64,000 nt of DNA, taken from NCBI GenBank assembly GCA_040882645.1, contig JBBEAX010000055.1, positions 3,589 to 67,588 of the forward strand, written 5' to 3'. This DNA comes from Acidimicrobiia bacterium. Lineage in GTDB: Bacteria > Actinomycetota > Acidimicrobiia > Spongiisociales > UBA11373. The first letter of the stretch is position 1, and each line of letters opens with the position of its first letter. The translations under genes were made by a program, and so were the position numbers. Positions 47,788-58,034 of this stretch are shown here, piece by piece. Under the pieces are notes generated by a model. The model ran no database searches. It worked only from the letters and a program-made list of their open reading frames with translations, and was not told where the DNA came from.

Positions 47788-48690
47788 ATGCGTCGGCTCC
47801 TTGCGATCCTGATCGCCCTGGCGGTACTCGTGCCCACTGCCGCATCTGCGGGAGAGGGGCCCGGTTCGTGGCCGGCCGAAGGCGGCCCACCGATCGTGCC
47901 CAATCCGCTCGCCGAGTTGAACCGTCTCGTCGAGGACTACATCGACGAACTGCAGGAGGAGCCCGACTTCGGCAGTCCAGGCTGGCTGACCCGCCGGATG
48001 GGGCTCATCGCCGGCGGCGACCTCTTCATCGGGTCGATCCGTGCCTCCGCGATCCTGTTCGTCGACAGCACGGTTCCCGAGCCATTGCGCTCGGTGATCA
48101 ACTCGCTGCCGGGGGACACCCCGATCTTCGAGGTGCTGCAAGCGGTCGACGCCGCGAGGGCCGATCCGGTGAGCGCCTGGCTGGGGCAGGAGATCGGAAT
48201 CGAACTCGTGGCGCTCCGCGGGTCGCTCGAGCGTCTTCGCGAGCTGCTCGATGGAGCGGGCCCCGAGCGGGTGTGCCCGGTGCTGGGGCCGGTGGAGTTC
48301 ACGAACGATTGGGGTGACCAGCGACCCGGAGTACGCACCCACAAGGGCACCGACCTCCATGCACCCGTCCGTACCCCGGTGCGTGCCATCGAGGATGGGG
48401 TGGTGGTCCAGGCGAACTGGCACAACGCCGGCGGGCGGCAGATCTACATCCGCGCCGACTCGACCGGCGACGTCTACTACTACGCCCATCTCGACGACTG
48501 GGAGGAGTGGATCTGGACGGGTACCCGGGTCGCGGCGGGCGACGTGATCGGGCTGCTCGGGTCATCAGGGAACGCCGACTCGGCGCATCTCCATTTCGGC
48601 TGGATACCGGGTTCCGGCTGGATCGACCTCGAGAATCTGCAGAACCCGTACCCACTGCTGCTCGAGATCTGTCCTGACCCGGCCGGGTAG
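47788..48690 (+). CDS. Secreted M23 family metallopeptidase
   Basis: ATG 47788 with signal peptide MRRLLAILIALAVLVPTAASA. M23 motifs HKGTDL and SSGNADSAHLHFG. Confidence 0.85.
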   Translation: MRRLLAILIALAVLVPTAASAGEGPGSWPAEGGPPIVPNPLAELNRLVEDYIDELQEEPDFGSPGWLTRRMGLIAGGDLFIGSIRASAILFVDSTVPEPLRSVINSLPGDTPIFEVLQAVDAARADPVSAWLGQEIGIELVALRGSLERLRELLDGAGPERVCPVLGPVEFTNDWGDQRPGVRTHKGTDLHAPVRTPVRAIEDGVVVQANWHNAGGRQIYIRADSTGDVYYYAHLDDWEEWIWTGTRVAAGDVIGLLGSSGNADSAHLHFGWIPGSGWIDLENLQNPYPLLLEICPDPAG

Positions 48691-48695
48691 GGAGG

Positions 48696-49175
48696 GTGGA
48701 GCGGAATCCCCGTCTGCGCCAAGACCTGCCATCCTCCGGTGGTATGACAAGGGCTCCGGCGAGTGGGCTGCTCAGCGGACCGAATCTCCCCTACTCCCTC
48801 ACGACACTCGTCGCACTCGTGGTGCTGGTGGCGTTCGTCCTCATGGCCGATCCGTTCGGTAGCGGGGTCGTCTCAACGGGCTTCGTCCCCGGCGATCCGG
48901 TGGCGGGCGAGACCACCTTCGCCAACCGCTGCAGCGTCTGCCACGGTCCCGGCGGCGAAGGCATCATCGGGCTCGGCAAACCCCTCACCACTTCGGAGTT
49001 CGCCGCGGGGCTCACCGACGAGGAGCTGCTGGCGTTCCTGATCGAAGGGCGCGCCTCGGACGACCCGGAGAACACCACCGGGATCGTCATGCCGGGCCGG
49101 GCCGGCGTTCCGCCGCTGAGCGACGAGGAGTTGGTCGACGTGGTCGCCTATCTCCGGACCCTGAGCGCCGGTTAG
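48696..49175 (+). CDS. Membrane-anchored class I c-type cytochrome
   Basis: Haem motif CSVCH with a distal Met region (GIVMPGRAG) and an N-terminal TM anchor. ATG 48744 is an alternative start. Confidence 0.8.
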   Translation: MERNPRLRQDLPSSGGMTRAPASGLLSGPNLPYSLTTLVALVVLVAFVLMADPFGSGVVSTGFVPGDPVAGETTFANRCSVCHGPGGEGIIGLGKPLTTSEFAAGLTDEELLAFLIEGRASDDPENTTGIVMPGRAGVPPLSDEELVDVVAYLRTLSAG

Positions 49176-49217
49176 TGCGGGTCGCGGTGCCAAGGTCGCA
49201 TCACCCCGAGCCGGCGG

Positions 49218-50003
49218 TCAGTTCTTCGCCAGGGCCTTGATCAGCGGATCGTTGAGGGGGCCATCACCGACGCCTCCGATCGGGGTGAGGGCGATCACCC
49301 CGTTCGCGGCCGCTCCCACATCGGTGCCTTCGATCGTGGGATCGTGGATCAACCCGCCGTAGGCATGGACGTAGACGCCCGGGCGATCCTCGGCGAAGAG
49401 GCGGTCGTACCCGGATGGGGCGACCCTGGTGAGGACCCGCGCCGTCTTTTCGGTCGCATCGTCCGGTAGCCCCACATTGAGCACATCGCCGGGGCGAATG
49501 ACCGGCAGCGCCTCGGCGACCATGGCCGCGGCCACCGCCGCCAGCCGCTCCCACATTGGCAGGGCGTCGGGTTCGAGCACATCGTTCTTCCACTGTTGCC
49601 ACGGAACCGTGTGCGACCCGGCGGAGAAGGCGATGGCGGGTACCCCGGCGATCCCTGCCTCGAGGGCGGCGCCGACGGTGCCGCTCGACTGGAGGTAGGC
49701 CGCTCCGTGGTTGTACCCGATGTTGATCCCGGAGACGACGATGTCGGGCCGTTCGAAGAGGACGTGGACCCCGAGTTGGACGCAATCGGCCGGAAACCCA
49801 CTGCAAGCGAGCACCGGCACGCCCCCCACATCAGCCTCGATCACCGTGACGGGCTCGAAGCGGGTGATGGCCTTCGCCACCCAGGATCGTTCCCGGTCCG
49901 GCACCACCACGGAAATTTCCCCGACTTTCTCGAGCGCCCGGGCGAATGCGGCAAGGCCGGGGGCGGCGGTGCCGTCGTCGTTGGTGAGAAGGATTCGCGC
50001 CAT
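49218..50003 (-). CDS. surE: 5'/3'-nucleotidase SurE
   Basis: MARILLTNDDG start, plus GINIGYNHG and SGTVGAALEA. Confidence 0.9.
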   Translation of the reverse strand: MARILLTNDDGTAAPGLAAFARALEKVGEISVVVPDRERSWVAKAITRFEPVTVIEADVGGVPVLACSGFPADCVQLGVHVLFERPDIVVSGINIGYNHGAAYLQSSGTVGAALEAGIAGVPAIAFSAGSHTVPWQQWKNDVLEPDALPMWERLAAVAAAMVAEALPVIRPGDVLNVGLPDDATEKTARVLTRVAPSGYDRLFAEDRPGVYVHAYGGLIHDPTIEGTDVGAAANGVIALTPIGGVGDGPLNDPLIKALAKN

Positions 50004-50077
50004 CCGACCACGCTACCGGGAACCGGCGGGGCCACCGTTACCGTCACATTGGGCGACACCCACGAAAAGGATCGCAG

Positions 50078-52270
50078 ATGCGCAGGTACCTCGCCCTCGC
50101 GGCGGTAATGGTGATGGCGATGACGGCGTGTACCCGGGCGGAGTCGACCAGCCCGATCCGATCGCTGGGAGCCTCTTTCGATCCCCGGTCGATCACCTTC
50201 AGCGCGGTCCTTACCCCGTTCGATGCGTGCGACGCCGTGCTGGTCCACTTCAAGGCCGAGGCTCTCGAGCGCGTCGGCCCCTACGGGCTCGATGGCGGCC
50301 CTCGCTGGTACTTCTTCGAGGGAGGCGCCAGGGCACAGGAGGACACTGCCGGCCCTCCCGGTGACGGCGCGGTGACCACCATGCCCGCCTCCCTTGCCGG
50401 CAGAGGCGAGGATGGCGGTTTTTCGGGGACCAATGTCCAGGTGTCCGGGGTTGACGAGCCCGACATCATCAAGACCGACGGCGAGCGAATCCTGTCGATC
50501 GTCGACGGAAAGCTCCGCTACGTCGATGTGACCGGTGACGAACCGGTCCTGCTGGGAGAACTCCAACTCGAGACGGGCTGGAATCACCGGTTCTTCGTGG
50601 ACGGTGACCGTGCTTTCGTCTTCTCGCAGGGCGACCTCTATGCGATCCCGATGTTTGCCGCCGACGCCGCCCGCATCGCCCCGCCCTATGGCGCGACCGT
50701 GAGCGTGGTTCAGGAGATAGACCTGTCCGACCCCGACGACATGCAGGTCGTCCGTACCCTGCGAGTCGATGGTTCCTACCTGAGCGCTCGCTCGATCGAC
50801 GGCGTGGTGCGAATGGTGGTGTCGTCCTATCCGTCGGATCTCCCCTTCGTGTATCCATCCAATGAGTCGGCCGAGGACATCGCTCTCGCCGCCAACCGTC
50901 AGATCATTGAAACGTCGACCCTGGAGACCTGGGTCCCCTCGTACACCTTGTACGACGCCGATGGCGACGAGATCGACTCGGGGCTGGTGGTGGCGTGTGA
51001 TCGGATGCATCGCCCCGCCGAGTTCGCCGGGTTCGACACCTTGTCCGTGACGACGCTCGATCTCAGCGGCTCGCTCGGCGCCGGCAACGGCACCGGTGTG
51101 ATCGCTCGCGGCGAGACGGTTTACGCGTCTCACACGAGCCTCTACGTGGCCACCAATGTGTGGATCCCGGAGGACGTCTCCGACACCACCGATTTCCAGG
51201 AGTTCTCGGAGCGGTACGAGACGGCGGTGCACAAATTCGACATCGCCGGCAACGGACCGGCCACCTATCGCGCCAGCGGATCGATCGACGGACACTTGCT
51301 CAATCAGTTCTCACTGGACGAGTTCGACGGTCACCTGCGGGTCGCGGTCACCGAGGGCGCTCCCTGGTCGTTCGAGGAGGACTCGGAGTCCAAGATTGTC
51401 GTCCTCACCGAGCGCGACGGGCTTCTCGTCGAAATCGGATCAGTCGGAGACATGGGCAAGGGGGAAAGGATCTACTCGGTCCGCTTCCTCGGGGAGACGG
51501 CGTATGTGGTGACGTTCCGCCAGGTCGACCCGCTCTATGTGGTCGATCTCAGGAACCCGGAGAACCCGGTTGTCAGCGGCGAGCTCAAGATCCCCGGCTA
51601 CTCCTCATACCTCCACCCTCTGGGCAACGGGATGCTGCTCGGGGTGGGCCAGGAGGCCGATAGCCAGGGCCGTACGACGGGAGCGAAGGCCACCCTGTTC
51701 GATGTCTCCGATCCGTCCGATCCTCGAGAGATCTCATCGTGGACCATCGCCGACGCGTACAGCGACGTCGAGTGGGAGCACCTGGCCTTCCTCTACTGGG
51801 CGCCGGCGGACATTGTGGTCCTGCCGATTCAGTCCTGGATGACGCAGTTCATGGGGGCGGTGGTCCTCAAGACCGACGATGGGCTGCGTGAGTATGGACG
51901 TATCACCCATCAGCGCGAAGACCGCCCGGGCGATGGATCGGACTGTGAGGTTCTCGACTCCGTCAAGGAAGCCGGACTCGTTATTCAGCTCTGCGACGAG
52001 GGCGACGATGGCGGGTACGGCGGGTACTACTGCGAGTCCGTGCCGGCGGATGAGGCCGCCGCACTCGCTCGGGACTGGGGCGTCGAAGTCTCCGACGACG
52101 AACTCGACGCCGCCGACCGGGTCGAGGTTTGCTGGCCGAACTACGAGCTCGGCGATCAGCAGATCATGCGGTCCCTGGTGATCGGAGACATATTGTGGAC
52201 ACTGTCCTGGCACGGCCTCCAGGCCAACGCCCTCGACGGCCTCGAGGTGCTCCACAAGGTGGGGTTCTAA
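50078..52270 (+). CDS. Secreted lipoprotein with a C-terminal beta-propeller domain (COG4880-like)
   Basis: Lipobox VMAMTAC. GVDEPDIIKTDGERI, YSVRFLGETAYVVTFRQVDPLYVVDL and SSYLHPLG are typical of the Beta_propel family as I recall it. Confidence 0.8.
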   Translation: MRRYLALAAVMVMAMTACTRAESTSPIRSLGASFDPRSITFSAVLTPFDACDAVLVHFKAEALERVGPYGLDGGPRWYFFEGGARAQEDTAGPPGDGAVTTMPASLAGRGEDGGFSGTNVQVSGVDEPDIIKTDGERILSIVDGKLRYVDVTGDEPVLLGELQLETGWNHRFFVDGDRAFVFSQGDLYAIPMFAADAARIAPPYGATVSVVQEIDLSDPDDMQVVRTLRVDGSYLSARSIDGVVRMVVSSYPSDLPFVYPSNESAEDIALAANRQIIETSTLETWVPSYTLYDADGDEIDSGLVVACDRMHRPAEFAGFDTLSVTTLDLSGSLGAGNGTGVIARGETVYASHTSLYVATNVWIPEDVSDTTDFQEFSERYETAVHKFDIAGNGPATYRASGSIDGHLLNQFSLDEFDGHLRVAVTEGAPWSFEEDSESKIVVLTERDGLLVEIGSVGDMGKGERIYSVRFLGETAYVVTFRQVDPLYVVDLRNPENPVVSGELKIPGYSSYLHPLGNGMLLGVGQEADSQGRTTGAKATLFDVSDPSDPREISSWTIADAYSDVEWEHLAFLYWAPADIVVLPIQSWMTQFMGAVVLKTDDGLREYGRITHQREDRPGDGSDCEVLDSVKEAGLVIQLCDEGDDGGYGGYYCESVPADEAAALARDWGVEVSDDELDAADRVEVCWPNYELGDQQIMRSLVIGDILWTLSWHGLQANALDGLEVLHKVGF

Positions 52271-52354
52271 AGAGACCCAAGAATCAAGAGTCAAGAATCG
52301 AGACCAGCCGGTGTCGCCGATGGTCATCTTGGTTCTTGGCTCTTGATTCTCTTT
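52271..52354. repeat. K-class heptad hairpin: CAAGAAT CAAGAGT CAAGAAT (52271-52305) and inverted CTTGGTT CTTGGCT CTTGATT (52322-52354)
   Basis: Direct reading. The outer AAAGAGA/TCTCTTT ends also pair. It lies between the beta-propeller gene stop and the MFS start. Confidence 0.8.
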
Positions 52355-52386
52355 GAGCGCAGCGAGACCCCTTACCATCGATACCC

Positions 52387-53529
52387 GTGTTCGCTCCCAT
52401 TCGTTCCATGCTGTCGGTGCGCCGGGGGGCGCCGGCGGCGCTCATCGTGGGGGCGGCGTCGGTGTCGTTCCTCTTCGGCGCAACGCCATTCTTGATTCCC
52501 GAGGTGGCCGATCGGCTCGGCGTGAGCCTGGGGGTCGCCGGGCTCATCTCCTCTGCCCAGGTGCTGGGGTTCGCCGGATCGGTGTTCGTTGCCGGTAGGC
52601 GGCTCTCTCCGTCCCGTGGCGTGTTGGTGTGGGCGGCGGTGGCTGCGGCGGCGTTCGATGTGGCCAGCGGGTTCGTGCCGTCGTTCGGGCTGCTCCTGGT
52701 CTTGCGACTCGGTGCCGGGGTCGCAGCCGGCCTGCTCACCTGGTTGGCGTGGGCGGATGCGATGCGGTCGTCTCACTCGATGCGCGACATCGCGGCGATC
52801 GGCCCATTGACGGTGTTGTTCGGTGCACCGCTGCTCGGGTGGGTGGGGTCGGTGGGCGGCGACCGTGCCCTCTACCTGGTGTTGGCCGCCTCGATGATCC
52901 CCCCCATGTTGATTCCGGTCGAGTTCGTGGCCCAGCCGATGAGGGGGCGGCACTCGATGAGCCCGTCGCGCACGAACCTCGTGCTGCTGGGTGCGCTCGG
53001 GTGTCTGACGATGGCGGGTTCCGCCCTCTTCGTCTTCCTTGGCGCATTCGCCGACATCGAGATCGGCCTGACGGCGGTCGCGCTGTCCCTGGGGTTCAGC
53101 GTCAATGCGTTGGCCGGACTGATCGCCGCCGGCCGGCGTCGACGGCCCCGATACGCCTGGCCGTGGCTGGTGGTGACGGCTGTTTCAGCGACTTCCATCG
53201 TCCTGTTCCCTGGCGCGGTCGTGTTCTACGCGGGGATGTTCGGGTGGGGTTTCGCCTTCTGGATGGCGGTGCCCCGGGTGCTGGGGCGGGTGGCTGAGTG
53301 GTCTCTGGTCCCGGACGAGCGGGTGGGCGACGCCCAGTCGATCATGGCGCTGGGTCGCGCCGCCGGCCCGGCGATCGGGGGGACTCTGGTCGGCTCAGGC
53401 GATTTCGGTGGCCTGGTGGTGTTCGCTGGCGCCGGGCTGCTGAGTAGCGCGATCCTGACGGGATCGGTGGAGGTCTACCGGCGAGACCGGGCAGGTCCGT
53501 CAGCCGGTCACAACGTGCCGCATCGCTGA
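52387..53529 (+). CDS. MFS transporter
   Basis: 380 aa with about 12 predicted TM helices and a GTG start. Confidence 0.8.
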   Translation: MFAPIRSMLSVRRGAPAALIVGAASVSFLFGATPFLIPEVADRLGVSLGVAGLISSAQVLGFAGSVFVAGRRLSPSRGVLVWAAVAAAAFDVASGFVPSFGLLLVLRLGAGVAAGLLTWLAWADAMRSSHSMRDIAAIGPLTVLFGAPLLGWVGSVGGDRALYLVLAASMIPPMLIPVEFVAQPMRGRHSMSPSRTNLVLLGALGCLTMAGSALFVFLGAFADIEIGLTAVALSLGFSVNALAGLIAAGRRRRPRYAWPWLVVTAVSATSIVLFPGAVVFYAGMFGWGFAFWMAVPRVLGRVAEWSLVPDERVGDAQSIMALGRAAGPAIGGTLVGSGDFGGLVVFAGAGLLSSAILTGSVEVYRRDRAGPSAGHNVPHR

Positions 53530-53533
53530 CCCG

Positions 53534-53857
53534 TCAGGGAGCAGGATCGACTGTCTGGGGCGGCCTGTTGGCACGGGTGGGTGCACGTTTGCGGCCAGCG
53601 GCCGCCACCGCCTTGGAGGCGACGCTCTTGATGCCGTCCGCCGCCTTGCCGGCCACGGGGAACTCTCTGCGGAGCACCGCCAGCCCGGCCAGTATCACCA
53701 CGGTGCCGGGTCCCGGCAGCGGGAGAAGGGCAACCCCGAGCAGCACGGTGGCACCCCCGGACACCGCCACGGTGGCGCGTCGCAGCTGCCGCTTGGGAAC
53801 AGCTTGGGCTTCCGGGCTGAGGTCACTCTCGTGCACGCTCATATGACCACGCGTCAC
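53534..53857 (-). CDS. PGPGW-domain small membrane protein
   Basis: LLPLPGPGTVVILAGLAVL motif. ATG 53842 is an alternative start. Confidence 0.65.
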   Translation of the reverse strand: MTRGHMSVHESDLSPEAQAVPKRQLRRATVAVSGGATVLLGVALLPLPGPGTVVILAGLAVLRREFPVAGKAADGIKSVASKAVAAAGRKRAPTRANRPPQTVDPAP

Positions 53858-53869
53858 CCGCGAATGTTC

Positions 53870-53937
53870 CCGTCTCCTCCCCCGCAGGGGGAGGTGGCGA
53901 CGCCCGAAGGGCGGTCACGGAGGGGCCGTGCGGCGGT
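53870..53937. repeat. ~60-nt GC-rich dispersed element with a CCTCCCCC-gca-GGGGGAGG hairpin, inverted copy of 17887-17948
   Basis: The reverse complement aligns with 17887-17948: CCGCCGCACGGCCCCTCCG ... TTCG ... GCCACCTCCCCCT.C.GGGGAGGA.ACG. It is followed by an 8-bp hairpin (GGAAGCGG cta CCGCTTCC, 53950-53968) whose loop is the stop codon of the next gene. Confidence 0.75.
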
Positions 53938-53958
53938 CTAACCCGTCGCGGGAAGCGG

Positions 53959-55809
53959 CTACCGCTTCCGCGCCACCACCACCAGGCTGTCCAGCCTGAC
54001 CCAGTTGGCCTGGCGGAGGGGGCTGCGGATCATTTGCAGCGTCTCCAACCCCGCCTCGGCCACCATCTTGCGCAGATCCTTCTTGCGGAAGTGCCAGATG
54101 TGCTTGTGCGGCTTGAGGGTCCACCAACGCCGGCGCAGCAGGCGGGCGGGCAGGGAGTCGAAGTTGGGGCACGAGAAGGCGATCACGCCGCCCGGCGAGG
54201 TCAGCCCGGCTGCAGCCACGAGGAAGGCACCCGGGTCGGGCACGTGTTCGATCACGTCCCAGAACGCCACGGCGTCCCAGTCCTCGGTGGGCGGGAGCGA
54301 CACCACCTCCCCGACATGGATGGGGACTCCCAAACGCTTGCTGGCCGTTTCGGCGGCCACCGCCGAGTACTCGAGGCCGCCGAGGTCGAATCCCCGCTCG
54401 CGGGCGGCTTCGAGGAACATCCCGTATGCGCACCCGACCTCGAACATGCGCCGGTCGGGTCGCTGCTCGAGGTGATGCTCGATCAGTTCTAGACGCCCCG
54501 CCGACCACCGGCGCTGCATCGCCTCGGCGCCAGTGTTGCGATATACGCCGTCGTCGAAGTACTTGGCGTTGCCGTAGAGCGCCGTCCTCCCCGCCTCATT
54601 GAGACGGGGGCTCATGAAGGCCTGGCCGCACCTGGGGCAATCGACGAGGGCGAAGGGATCGAGGTCCCACCGCAGCTTGCCGGGGATACGGCAGCGGAAA
54701 CACAGGGCCGCCTCGAGGTGCTCCGGCGGTACGTCGTCGAGGCCCCAACGAGCCGCTCCCGTCACCCGATTGGTGCGACGGTGCCAACCGATGGCCACCA
54801 ACCCTCCGACGATGGTCGGGAGGAGGTACGTGAAGAACCGGAACAGCAGTACCGCGGCCGCGACCCGTTCAACCCCCGGCTCGGCCATACCAGTCGCGAT
54901 CAGCCCCACCAACCCGAGCTCGGCGACCCCGAGGCCGCCGGGGGTGATCGGGATCGCAGAAAGGAGGCGGATGATCGCGAAGGCGGCGAGTACCTCGGGC
55001 CATGGCACCACTCGGGAGGCAACCCCGGCGGCGCGCAGGCACGCCAGCAGGACGAAGAAGAGCGATAGATGAGCGGCGAGGGTGGACAGCAGCATCTGCC
55101 GCCATCGGGTGCCCAGCGCCGTCCCCACCGCGGTGAAGAAGTCTGTTACCGGCGACCGGTCGCCGGTCATCTCCGCGCGTCCGAACAAGCGCCGGATCCA
55201 CCCGACGAAGCGCTCGACCGGCCCGAGGAGGGCGTGGCGAAGGCTCGAACGGGCCACCGCCACGGCGACCAGGATCACCACGAGCAGGGCGACGGCGCCG
55301 ATGAGAGTCGCGTCGAGAAGATCGGGCATCGCCAGGCCGCTCAACATCGCCCCGACCAACGCGACCGCGGGCAGCAGCAGTTTGACGAGGTTGTTCCAGA
55401 CGCCGGTGAGGGCGACCGCGGCCCCGATCTGGCTTCCGGGGTGACCCCACCGCCCGAGCATCACGTAGGTGATCCCTACTCCGACCGCACCGCCTCCGGG
55501 GATCGTGTTCGCGGCAGAGGTGGACGCGAGTCGGGCCACAAGCGCGTGGCGAAAGGTGAGGTTGGGGATCACTGCCATGGTCATCAGGGGGTTGACCAGT
55601 TGGTGGCCGATCGCCAGGACGGTGAGGAGGGCAAGCGTGGCGATCGGAATGGCGCGGATGTCGCCCCAGACGTTGCCGTAGTCGGCAAGGCGGGGAAAGA
55701 TCGCGACGAACGCGACGGCCACGAGCGCCGCTGCCACGAGGCCGAGAATGAGGCGTCGACGACGAGTGGCGCGGACGGCCGTCGCCGTCGAGATGGATGA
55801 GTCGGACAC
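53959..55809 (-). CDS. Fusion protein: flippase-like (lysyl-PG synthase TM region / UPF0104) domain + zinc ribbon + class I SAM-dependent methyltransferase
   Basis: The N-terminal ~330 aa are multi-TM and resemble the LPG_synthase_TM family. They are followed by CFRC...CPRC and a methyltransferase core (FEVGCAYGMFLEAA, FWDVIEHVPDP, GGVIAFSCPN). Confidence 0.8.
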   Translation of the reverse strand: MSDSSISTATAVRATRRRRLILGLVAAALVAVAFVAIFPRLADYGNVWGDIRAIPIATLALLTVLAIGHQLVNPLMTMAVIPNLTFRHALVARLASTSAANTIPGGGAVGVGITYVMLGRWGHPGSQIGAAVALTGVWNNLVKLLLPAVALVGAMLSGLAMPDLLDATLIGAVALLVVILVAVAVARSSLRHALLGPVERFVGWIRRLFGRAEMTGDRSPVTDFFTAVGTALGTRWRQMLLSTLAAHLSLFFVLLACLRAAGVASRVVPWPEVLAAFAIIRLLSAIPITPGGLGVAELGLVGLIATGMAEPGVERVAAAVLLFRFFTYLLPTIVGGLVAIGWHRRTNRVTGAARWGLDDVPPEHLEAALCFRCRIPGKLRWDLDPFALVDCPRCGQAFMSPRLNEAGRTALYGNAKYFDDGVYRNTGAEAMQRRWSAGRLELIEHHLEQRPDRRMFEVGCAYGMFLEAARERGFDLGGLEYSAVAAETASKRLGVPIHVGEVVSLPPTEDWDAVAFWDVIEHVPDPGAFLVAAAGLTSPGGVIAFSCPNFDSLPARLLRRRWWTLKPHKHIWHFRKKDLRKMVAEAGLETLQMIRSPLRQANWVRLDSLVVVARKR

Positions 55810-55854
55810 CGGCGCCAGGTTACCCGCGGCCGGTAGTGGCCGGTTTGGCCAGGC

Positions 55855-57057
55855 CTATCCGTGGTGGTCGACCGGCTCCCCCTCGGCCATGCGGGCCGCC
55901 AGCCATGTTGTCAGCGGCACAGCCGCCACGAGTCCGATGCTGCCGACGAGGGTCCGCACCACTTCGACCGCGACGATCTCGGTGTTGAGCGATGTGCCGA
56001 GAGACTGCCCGGCGAGCACGAAGAACAACAGCAGTGGCATCGACGCTCCTACATAGGCGAGCAAGAGGGTGTTCACCGTGCTCGCCACGTGGTCGCGGCC
56101 CACCCTCATCCCCGAGCGGAAAAGGCGGCTGCGCGTCATCTCCGGGTTGGCCGCCCGAATCTCCCACACCGCCGAGGCCTGGGTCACGGTGACGTCGTCG
56201 ATGGCGCCGAGGCTCCCCAGCACCACCCCGGCGAGCAGCAATCCCTGAACGTTGATGGTGCCGACGAAGGTGAGGATGAACGAGACATCGGAGGCGAATC
56301 CGGTGAAGCGAGCCGCCTCCAGGGTGCCCCAAGCCAAGAGCGCGGTGAGGGCGAGCGCGGCAAGGGTTCCCAGCAGGGCAACGGTGGTCATCCGGTTGAA
56401 ACCGTGAGCCGTGTAGAGGGCGACGTATGCGATTGCCGAGGCGCCGACGACCGCCACCATCACCGGCTCGCGACCGTCGATGATGGCTGGAACGATGAAG
56501 GTCAAGATCACCAGCACGCTTGCTCCCAGGCCGGCCAGCGCCGCTGCCCCGCGGGCCCTGCCCATGACCACCACTGCGATGATGAACAGCGCGGTGATCC
56601 ACAGCAGCACCGGGCGGCGCTGGCGGTCGAAGTACGAGTAGCGGAACTCGGGTGCGGCGCCTTCCTGATAGGCGAGCACCACGTCGTCTCCTGGAGCGAA
56701 TGTCGGCGTCGTCGCCGACACTGCGAACTCGAGCACAACTGTGCTTCCCGTATCCGGGCCCTCTGTCATGTCGAACGCCACGGACACGCAGGGGACATCG
56801 GCGGTGTTTGCGCACGGTTGCTGTTCGGCCGTGACGACGGTGGCGTCGTAGACCAGGCGGGGGATCCCCACCTCGGACAGGTCCGGACGCTCCCCACCCG
56901 TTGGGCGGAGCAGCACGATTCCGATGAGGGTGAACAACGCAATCGCCGCGGCGATCATCGTTGGCAGCGCGCGCAGGATCCCGACGCGCTCCGGCTCGAG
57001 AAACCGTTCCAACTCTCGGCGGCGGTCTGGTGGGAGGTTCTCGATGCCGGCGGGCAT
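55855..57057 (-). CDS. YibE/F family membrane protein
   Basis: Start chosen at ATG 57057 (MPAGIENLPP), which is in frame. Upstream alternatives at 57135 and 57171 run into the divergent gene. Motifs GAIDDVTVTQASAV and NTLLLAYVGASMP. Confidence 0.8.
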   Translation of the reverse strand: MPAGIENLPPDRRRELERFLEPERVGILRALPTMIAAAIALFTLIGIVLLRPTGGERPDLSEVGIPRLVYDATVVTAEQQPCANTADVPCVSVAFDMTEGPDTGSTVVLEFAVSATTPTFAPGDDVVLAYQEGAAPEFRYSYFDRQRRPVLLWITALFIIAVVVMGRARGAAALAGLGASVLVILTFIVPAIIDGREPVMVAVVGASAIAYVALYTAHGFNRMTTVALLGTLAALALTALLAWGTLEAARFTGFASDVSFILTFVGTINVQGLLLAGVVLGSLGAIDDVTVTQASAVWEIRAANPEMTRSRLFRSGMRVGRDHVASTVNTLLLAYVGASMPLLLFFVLAGQSLGTSLNTEIVAVEVVRTLVGSIGLVAAVPLTTWLAARMAEGEPVDHHG

Positions 57058-57169
57058 CGCAGGAGCGTAGACCCCGTGGGGGATGGGGAGCGCCTGCGCG
57101 GTGGCTCTGCACCCGGTACCGTCCCGCGTTGCCATACGGTACCTTGAGCCGTCGACCACAATCTCGTTC

Positions 57170-57922
57170 ATGAAGCAGCGACTCGGGCTCACCGCCGCCG
57201 CCTTGCTGGCGGCATCGCTATTCGCCTGCGGCGACGATGCGACGACGACGACGACCACGACCACGACCCTCGTCGCCACTACCACCCGCGCGGTGACGAC
57301 GACCACGGCCGCTCCGACGACCTCTCTGCCGCCGACCTTCTACTCGGCGGAGGCCGTCGCCTACTTCGAGGAGGTGGCGTTCGGGGAAGAGTTCGGTGAC
57401 GGCACCCGCGAGATCAGGAAGTGGACTCACGATGTGCGGATCGTCGTTCACGGCGAACCCTCCGACGAGGATCTCGTGACCCTGTACGACGTGGTCGCCG
57501 ACCTCAACACGATCATCGGGACGATTGTGATCGACATCGTCGCCGCCGATGGCAACTTCGACATCCACTTCGCCCCAGAGCCGGAGTTCGCCGCGATCGA
57601 ACCCAATTACGTGCCCGTGAACATGGGATTCTTCTGGGTGTGGTGGGACGGTGGAGGGAACATCACCGACGCTCGCGTTCTGGTTTCGACCACGGGCCTC
57701 ACTCAGGCGGAAAGGAACCACATCATCCGCGAGGAAGTCACCCAGTCACTGGGGCTGATGCGCGATTCCTTCGCGTTCGAGGACAGCATCTTCTATCAGG
57801 GGTGGACCGAGACCCAGGAGTATTCGGAGCTCGACGAGCTGCTGATCGAGATGCTCTACCTGCCGGTCGTCGAGCCACAGATGACGGTCGAGGCGGCCCG
57901 GGCGGTCATTCCGGGTGGTTGA
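57170..57922 (+). CDS. Lipoprotein, DUF2927-like
   Basis: ATG 57170. Lipobox AASLFAC followed by GDD and a long poly-Thr linker. The family call is from memory and tentative. Confidence 0.7.
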   Translation: MKQRLGLTAAALLAASLFACGDDATTTTTTTTTLVATTTRAVTTTTAAPTTSLPPTFYSAEAVAYFEEVAFGEEFGDGTREIRKWTHDVRIVVHGEPSDEDLVTLYDVVADLNTIIGTIVIDIVAADGNFDIHFAPEPEFAAIEPNYVPVNMGFFWVWWDGGGNITDARVLVSTTGLTQAERNHIIREEVTQSLGLMRDSFAFEDSIFYQGWTETQEYSELDELLIEMLYLPVVEPQMTVEAARAVIPGG

Positions 57923-58034
57923 TGTGGTGGCTCAACGGTGCCTTCGATCGAGCCGCCGCGCCGGTGACACCGGCACGGATCGTTTCAGGGTGGATCCTCT
58001 TCGTTCGACGGCGTCGACCAAATAGGCTGGTCTC

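Noticed and set aside
57167-57174. The TTCATGAA palindrome gives overlapping divergent ATGs for the YibE/F gene and the lipoprotein gene.
   Set aside because: The minus-strand ATG would add a non-conserved 38-aa extension. ATG 57057 gives a normal YibE/F N-terminus, so the overlap is probably coincidental.
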